A DNA stretch of 64,000 bases from Candidatus Binatia bacterium (lineage in GTDB: Bacteria > Desulfobacterota > Binatia > UBA9968 > CAXXLF01). The stretch covers positions 64,001-128,000 of the forward strand of contig CAXXLF010000001.1 of NCBI GenBank assembly GCA_963664015.2, read 5' to 3'. Below the pieces are notes generated by a model, which was not told the origin of the DNA, searched no databases, and saw nothing but the letters and a program-made list of their open reading frames with translations. This document shows, piece by piece, positions 58,399 through 64,000 of this stretch. Within the stretch, counting starts at the first letter, position 1, and the number at the start of each line of letters is the position of its first letter. Position numbers and translations under genes: made by a program.

Positions 58399-59942
58399 GA
58401 CCATCGCTTGTCATTCGTGCTGACGCGGGAACCCGACAGGGGACCGGTCACCTGATGCGGTGCCTGGCCTTGGCCGAGCAGTGGCAGTCAGCAGGCGGGA
58501 AGGTAGAGTTCATATCGGCCTGCGAGAGCAAAGTCCTCAGGGAAAAGGTCTTGGCGACGCTCCCTCGGTTCACCACCCTGAATCGGAGTCATCCCAGTCC
58601 AACGGATTGGAAGACGACATCGGCCATCCTGGCTCTTCACCCGAAAGCGTGGGTCCTTTTGGATGGCTACCACTTTGACCCTTCTTATCAATCCAGAATC
58701 AAAGAATCCGGCCACCGTCTCATGGTTGTCGACGATATCGCCCATTGGGACCGCTACTATGCGGATCTCATTGTTAATCCCAATATCAATGGTCCGAAAC
58801 TCAAGTATCGATGTGAACCCTCTGCCCGCATGATGCTCGGATTACCGTACGCCTTACTTCGTTCGGAGTTCCGCCGCTGGCGAAGGCGACGGAGAATAAA
58901 CCGAACCGTGGCCAACAGGATCTTGATAACCATGGGGGGCAGTGACCCGCACAATCAAAGCCTCAGGGTCTTGAGATCGTTGCCGCACCTAGGGATTAAA
59001 AATCTCGAGGTGACGGTAGTCCTTGGCCCCGGCAACCCCCATAAGCCGAGCTTGCAGTCCTTCATCGCCCGCAGCCGGATTTCCGTTCAACTGATTTCAA
59101 ATCCCAGCAACATGCCTGAATTGATGGCCGGAGCCGATCTTGGGATCGGCCCCGGGAGCAGCACGGCCCTAGAGTTCGCATTCATGGGCCTCCCTAGTGT
59201 AATCTTGGTGACGGCGGAAAACCAACGGGATGTTGCCAAAAGAATGGACAAAGCCGGCCTCGTGATAAACCTGGGATGGCATAAAATGATCCGTCAATCC
59301 GTGCTGTGCGAGGCATTGGGAGGCCTCATCGGCAACCCAAGAGCTCGAAGAAGCATGAGCGAACGGGGACAGCGCCTCGTTAATGGGACCGGAGTCCGGC
59401 GCATCGTATCCCATATGATGCAAACGACACGGAAGGGTAGGGACGCACTTTCCGTCCGACCGGCCCGCACCGCCGATGCCCGGCGCCTCTGGCAGTGGGC
59501 CAACGATCCAATCGTACGGGTCAATTCCTTTAACTCGAAGAAAATTCCGTGGGAGGAACATCGGAAGTGGTTCCGTTCCAAACTAGGATCGCCCGACTCC
59601 CGCTTCTGGATCCTGGAACACGACCAAGTCCCTGTAGCTCAGGTCCGTTACGACCGTACGAATACTCGTACGGCTGAGATCGCCCTGTCCGTGGCTCCCC
59701 AATTCCAGGGGCTGGGCATCGGCACCAAAGCCCTGACCCTAACGATCCGAACCGCTTGCAAAGAGCTCCGAGTCCAGCAAATCAAAGCATTTGTCTTGAG
59801 TTCCAACGAGGCTTCGATACGAGCCTTTGGCAAGGCCGGCTTCGAGCCCGCCGGTGAAACCCATATCCGCCGCAAGCGTAGTACAATCTTTCTGTGGCGG
59901 TGCACACAGAAGTCGGGAGGAAATCGTGGCAGCCTTCATTGA
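58395..59942 (+). CDS. pseG: PseG UDP-sugar hydrolase fused to a PseH-like GNAT N-acetyltransferase
   Basis: IRADA....GTGHLMRCLALA, LDGYHF, MGGSDP, AENQ; C-terminal WANDP.VR...EEH..W...QGLGIG...NEAS..F. Confidence 0.88.
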   Translation: MRPSLVIRADAGTRQGTGHLMRCLALAEQWQSAGGKVEFISACESKVLREKVLATLPRFTTLNRSHPSPTDWKTTSAILALHPKAWVLLDGYHFDPSYQSRIKESGHRLMVVDDIAHWDRYYADLIVNPNINGPKLKYRCEPSARMMLGLPYALLRSEFRRWRRRRRINRTVANRILITMGGSDPHNQSLRVLRSLPHLGIKNLEVTVVLGPGNPHKPSLQSFIARSRISVQLISNPSNMPELMAGADLGIGPGSSTALEFAFMGLPSVILVTAENQRDVAKRMDKAGLVINLGWHKMIRQSVLCEALGGLIGNPRARRSMSERGQRLVNGTGVRRIVSHMMQTTRKGRDALSVRPARTADARRLWQWANDPIVRVNSFNSKKIPWEEHRKWFRSKLGSPDSRFWILEHDQVPVAQVRYDRTNTRTAEIALSVAPQFQGLGIGTKALTLTIRTACKELRVQQIKAFVLSSNEASIRAFGKAGFEPAGETHIRRKRSTIFLWRCTQKSGGNRGSLH

Positions 59943-60978
59943 GATCAACGGACGCCCAATCGGTCCCGGTTACAGTACCTACCTTGTTGCCGAGATGTCA
60001 GCCAATCACAACCATGACTTCGATCAGGCGCTGAAAATCATCGAGGCGGCTAAAGACGGGGGGGCCGACGCCGTCAAGATCCAGACCTATACGGCGGATA
60101 CCCTGACCCTCGATTGCGACAATGAGTACTTCCGTATTCAAGGGACCGCATGGGAGGGCCAAAAGCTCTACGACCTTTACAAGGAGGCTTTTACCCCGTG
60201 GGACTGGCAACCCAAATTGAAGGAACATGCCAACCGTATGGGACTGGATCTCTTTTCGTCTCCCTTCGACGAAACGGCCGTGGACTTCCTCGAACGGTTA
60301 CAGGTGCCAGCATATAAAATCGCCTCTTTCGAGATGGTCGACTTGCCCCTACTGCGCAAGGTTGCTCAGAAAGGGAAACCGCTTTTGATATCCACCGGGA
60401 TGGCTACCAAAAGCGAGATCAAAGAAGCCGTTACCGTACTGCGAAAAGCCAAGGCCCCGTTTGCCTTGTTGAAGTGCACCAGCGCCTATCCTGCGTCTCC
60501 CGACGAAATGAATCTCAGAACCATTCCCGACCTAGCAAAGACCTTCAAGGTCCCCGTTGGCCTTTCGGATCACACCTTGAACATTGCGGTCCCGACTGCG
60601 GCCGTGGCTCTGGGGACATGCATCATCGAGAAACACCTGACCCTTTCGCGTACGGCCGGTGGGCCGGACAGTTCGTTTTCACTGGAGCCCCATGAGTTCA
60701 AGCAAATGGTGGGTGCGGTGCGCACAGCAGAACGGGCACTGGGCACCGTTCACTACGGGGTGACCGAACACGAGCCGGAGAGCAAGGCTCTGCGCCGGTC
60801 CCTCTTCATCGTCCGGGACATGAAGAGGGGAGAACCGTTCACTGCAGAAACCGTGCGTTCCATCCGACCGGGACATGGGCTGAGCACCCGACACATGGAG
60901 GAGGTTCTCATTCGCCATGCAAGCCGGGACATTAAGCGCGGAACTCCTCTGACTTGGGAACTGGTATCCGACCAGTGA
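59926..60978 (+). CDS. pseI: Pseudaminic acid synthase (NeuB family with SAF domain)
   Basis: AEMSANHN, KIQTYTADT, YKIASFE, LKCTSAYP, GLSDHT, IEKH, DSSFSLEP, RRSL; GTG start after RBS GGAGG. Confidence 0.93.
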   Translation: MAAFIEINGRPIGPGYSTYLVAEMSANHNHDFDQALKIIEAAKDGGADAVKIQTYTADTLTLDCDNEYFRIQGTAWEGQKLYDLYKEAFTPWDWQPKLKEHANRMGLDLFSSPFDETAVDFLERLQVPAYKIASFEMVDLPLLRKVAQKGKPLLISTGMATKSEIKEAVTVLRKAKAPFALLKCTSAYPASPDEMNLRTIPDLAKTFKVPVGLSDHTLNIAVPTAAVALGTCIIEKHLTLSRTAGGPDSSFSLEPHEFKQMVGAVRTAERALGTVHYGVTEHEPESKALRRSLFIVRDMKRGEPFTAETVRSIRPGHGLSTRHMEEVLIRHASRDIKRGTPLTWELVSDQ

Positions 60979-61000
60979 CAGAAGCGAAGGCAGGTACACT

Positions 61001-62080
61001 TTGGATCCTAAAAACGTATTATTTGTTCAAAGGAGTGCCCACAAAGCAGGAGCCCAGCACTGCTTGGCCAGGGTTCTTAGGCAACTCGAGGAAAGGGGCC
61101 TTGATCCGGTTTTGCTCACCGCCGAGAACGAATGGTTGACTCAGGAATGCCTAAAGCATCAGATTAGGGTTATCCAGATTCCTTTCCCCAGCTCACGGTC
61201 GTTACTCTCATATTTGTACAAGAACTCATCCTTTGCCCGCCGAGTCCAAGCTGAGCTCCGAAAAATAAGATGTCGGCCACCCATCGTTCATGGCAACGAC
61301 CACCCGGAGTCTCTTCTCACCCTTGAACTGACGAGAGTTCTACAAGCCAAGAGCGGTATCACCCTGAGGACTCCCGGGATGACCCGTGAAGACTACTCTA
61401 ACTACGGATGTGGCCGTGCGGACCTACTGATCGCTGTTAGCGACCTGCTGCGCAATTCGGTAAGGGAGTGGCATCATGACAGAGAGGTCGTTGTGATTCC
61501 CGACGGCCTTGCCGACGAGGAGTTTTTACCTCCGAAATCCCCTCTCAAGAGCCCGCCGGAAAGGATTCTGGTACTCGGCGATGCCTCGGCACGAAAAGGC
61601 TGGAAGGACCTGGTGGCCGCGTTGGAAATCTTACTAAAAGAAGGAAAACTCCCGACCGTCAACTTCGACTTTACCGACATACGCCCGCCCTGGTTAAAGA
61701 CATCCAACTTTGGCAACCGTTGTACTTTAAACTTCATAGGACACCGAGATGACTTTCGTGACTTGGTCCGACAATACGAACTCGTCATCAATCCCTCTCG
61801 TAGTGAGAGCTTCGGCATGGCTGCACTCGAGGTGATTGCTGCAGGAATTCCGCTGCTGTCTAGCCGCAGCGGCGTGATCGAAGATATTATCGAAGACCCG
61901 CGCTTCCTCTTTGAGCCGCATAATCCGATGAGCCTGGCGGCCGTGCTTCACGATCTTCTAGTTCATGGTAGTTCTACGGGATATGACCTGGAATCCAACC
62001 AGCATAAGCTGCGCAATCGATTTCCCATTAAGGGGAATGTGGAGCGACTTCTGGACCAATACAAAAAGCTATTCACGTGA
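61001..62080 (+). CDS. Glycosyltransferase family 4
   Basis: GAQHCL, IAVS, RKG, PSRSESFGMAALE motifs. Confidence 0.88.
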   Translation: MDPKNVLFVQRSAHKAGAQHCLARVLRQLEERGLDPVLLTAENEWLTQECLKHQIRVIQIPFPSSRSLLSYLYKNSSFARRVQAELRKIRCRPPIVHGNDHPESLLTLELTRVLQAKSGITLRTPGMTREDYSNYGCGRADLLIAVSDLLRNSVREWHHDREVVVIPDGLADEEFLPPKSPLKSPPERILVLGDASARKGWKDLVAALEILLKEGKLPTVNFDFTDIRPPWLKTSNFGNRCTLNFIGHRDDFRDLVRQYELVINPSRSESFGMAALEVIAAGIPLLSSRSGVIEDIIEDPRFLFEPHNPMSLAAVLHDLLVHGSSTGYDLESNQHKLRNRFPIKGNVERLLDQYKKLFT

Positions 62081-62104
62081 GCCACTTCCGGAAGCCAAAA
62101 CTCT

Positions 62105-62953
62105 CTACCCATAAGGTGGAATGATACGCATCAGCGTTGCAACCAGTTCTCGACGGCGATCCCGGGACAGGGAAGAGAGATCCGCGTAACGTTTGATCAG
62201 ATAAGCCAGTTCCCGATTTGTTAAGTGACTCCCGAAGGTACGCACCAGTTGCTCCAGGTTTTTACTCCTCCTGGACCAGCTCAACCGGTGGCTTTTGGAA
62301 ACACCGATCACGTCGACAAGCAGGCATTGCCATCGGTCTCCCTCCTGTTTGCGCAGCAAAATATTCGCCCCTTTCAAATCCCGATGGAAAATTCCACGGG
62401 AGTGCAAACGATAGAAGAGGTCGGCAATAGCCCGCAGGACATGGCCCCTTTCCCGTAGGCTATCCCGCCGCAATCGCGGAGCGATCCTATACGCCCAGAA
62501 AGCATCAATGGACTGGCTGTCTTCCACCTCCTCGTTAAAATAGTAGCTCTTCCCTAAATCCCGCCATCGCCGATACTCGAAAGCGGCCAGCGGTTTGGCC
62601 GTATCAACCTGTTCATTATTCAGGAGCACGGAGCCGACTAATGATTGGAATGCAGGTGAGGGGAGAAACAGGCACCCAAACCGGCGCCAGAGGGAATCGT
62701 GGCGAGACTGTTTGACTATAATATTCCATTGTGTGCCATTCCCGTCGGTCAAGATCCGTTTGACGACTTTTCCTTTAGGAGACGTCTTGAGCATTTCCGA
62801 CGACAGGTCCTCCAGTAGGCTTTCTGGGTCTGCCACAAATTCGGCAACGAGGTCCTCGGGAAGGTCTTTCCTGATCCAACCGATCAATCCGTTGCGGGCT
62901 GGCATATAGTCGAATTCAGCCTTCACTATCGCTCGCGAGGTCATCCACGGCAT
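62105..62953 (-). CDS. Lipopolysaccharide kinase (Kdo/WaaP/InaA family)
   Basis: IVK, LHSRGIFHRDLKGANIL, LVD motifs; exact start uncertain. Confidence 0.85.
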   Translation of the reverse strand: MPWMTSRAIVKAEFDYMPARNGLIGWIRKDLPEDLVAEFVADPESLLEDLSSEMLKTSPKGKVVKRILTDGNGTQWNIIVKQSRHDSLWRRFGCLFLPSPAFQSLVGSVLLNNEQVDTAKPLAAFEYRRWRDLGKSYYFNEEVEDSQSIDAFWAYRIAPRLRRDSLRERGHVLRAIADLFYRLHSRGIFHRDLKGANILLRKQEGDRWQCLLVDVIGVSKSHRLSWSRRSKNLEQLVRTFGSHLTNRELAYLIKRYADLSSLSRDRRRELVATLMRIIPPYG

Positions 62954-64000
62954 GCCAGGACCCCATTTAGCTGCTCTTCCAATTCAGTGAAATACCTCTC
63001 CCAGGAGTACTTCTCGGCCACCCGCCGAGCCTCTCGTGAAAGTTCGGGCCAGCGCTTTGCGTCCAGCAGGCGCAGCAGCTTCGCTTTGATTTCCTCAGGG
63101 TCGTCCCCATTGACCAGAAGACCCTCCGTCAGTTCCCCGTCGAGCCTGTCCGTTGATCCCAGGCCAGGAACCGTCACAACAGGGAGCCCCGCAGCAAGGG
63201 CCTCGAGGACCACATTGCCGAAAGCCTCCTGAATAGAAGGCAAAACGAAAACGTCGCCTGCCGCATAATAGTCTTCTACACGACTTTGTGGGCCAACAAA
63301 GAAAATTTGCTTTCCCGCCCAACGACGACGATACTGGGGCAACCTGGAATCGTTGCCTACAACCAATAGACAGATACCATTCATTGCCGGGGTGTCCCAA
63401 AGGGGCAGCAATCGGTCCAGCCCCTTGCGCCGGAACCCGGTACCGACAAATAGGACCACCCGCTGGCCAGGTTCGATCCTGAGTTTTTCTCGAATCTGTT
63501 TCCCTTCGAGGGCGCGGCGACCCGGGTGGAACCGCTCATGATCAACCCCATTGTGAATGACAACCACATTTTCCTCGGGAACATGGTAGCTCTCTATCAT
63601 CTCCCGTTTTCCCTCGTTGTAAACGGCAATGATCTTTTTGCATCCCCCGGCCCCCAACTGCCGTTTCTCAATTGCAAGGAGACACCGGTGGTATGGACTC
63701 AACCGATACCACAGTCGGCGCCAGACTCCGCTTTCCCTGCTCATCTTCTCAAGGAAGACCCGGTGGGGACCTCCGCCACTACGGAAAATATCCTGTTTGG
63801 GTATCCGATCAAAACTCATGGTCACATCGCACCGGTATGGGGCAATAACTCGACGGCTGAGCCAGGCAAAACTCAAAAGGCGGGCCGTACGGGGCCAGGT
63901 CAGACACGGAACTCGATGACCCTGGGTCCCGGAAGGAGGAGCAATAGGGAAACGGCCGCAGAATAGATGGACCTCATGACCACGGTCCCTTAACCCTTCA
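62941..64000 (-). CDS. Glycosyltransferase family 4 (WaaG/RfaG-like), 5' end beyond the window
   Basis: Frame open to the window edge (..DRGHEVHLFC..); RSGGGPH, IHNGVD, GTGFRRKG, EAFGNVVLEALAAGLPV motifs. Confidence 0.88.
   Translation of the reverse strand, partial: EGLRDRGHEVHLFCGRFPIAPPSGTQGHRVPCLTWPRTARLLSFAWLSRRVIAPYRCDVTMSFDRIPKQDIFRSGGGPHRVFLEKMSRESGVWRRLWYRLSPYHRCLLAIEKRQLGAGGCKKIIAVYNEGKREMIESYHVPEENVVVIHNGVDHERFHPGRRALEGKQIREKLRIEPGQRVVLFVGTGFRRKGLDRLLPLWDTPAMNGICLLVVGNDSRLPQYRRRWAGKQIFFVGPQSRVEDYYAAGDVFVLPSIQEAFGNVVLEALAAGLPVVTVPGLGSTDRLDGELTEGLLVNGDDPEEIKAKLLRLLDAKRWPELSREARRVAEKYSWERYFTELEEQLNGVLACRG

Noticed and set aside
1-64000. CRISPR array or cas genes
   Set aside because: No regularly spaced direct repeats with unique spacers and no Cas motifs were seen; the repeats found are palindromic REP-like elements.

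Overview
Bacterial chromosomal window of moderate GC with no CRISPR array, integrase or transposase seen. The gene content (many amidohydrolases, cupins, class II aldolases, a Mo-hydroxylase, TRAP) suggests a deltaproteobacterial or Binatia-like organism, which is inference only. Layout: (1) 1-12.6 kb, an accessory catabolic region with a class II aldolase, a broken bicupin, a heme-oxygenase-like diiron (TenA/PqqC/CADD-like) enzyme divergent from three tandem RraA/HMG-aldolase paralogs, and a LigB/LigA-like dioxygenase-AKR-GST-OsmC run. The OsmC gene has an in-frame TGA at the catalytic Cys position followed by a well-formed SECIS-like hairpin, so it is probably a selenoprotein; this is the strongest hidden signal. 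(2) 12.6-26 kb, a MoxR/RavA ATPase plus VWA pair flanked by nested REP-like palindromes, a MocA-like protein, an XDH-family Mo subunit, a PolX N-terminus-only protein and the ABC-F Uup. (3) 26-46 kb, aldolase and amidohydrolase paralogs, thiI, rhodanese-moeB, and many decayed genes, several with large internal deletions. (4) 46-52 kb, a stand-alone 5'-3' exonuclease head-to-head with dnaA (DnaA boxes between, no dnaN or rpmH), a deiodinase-like redoxin, a decayed TRAP transporter and tRNA-Met. (5) 52-64 kb, a pseudaminic-acid-type cluster with extra tailoring enzymes, then LPS glycosyltransferase and kinase genes. All calls come from reading motifs by eye; no database searches were run.
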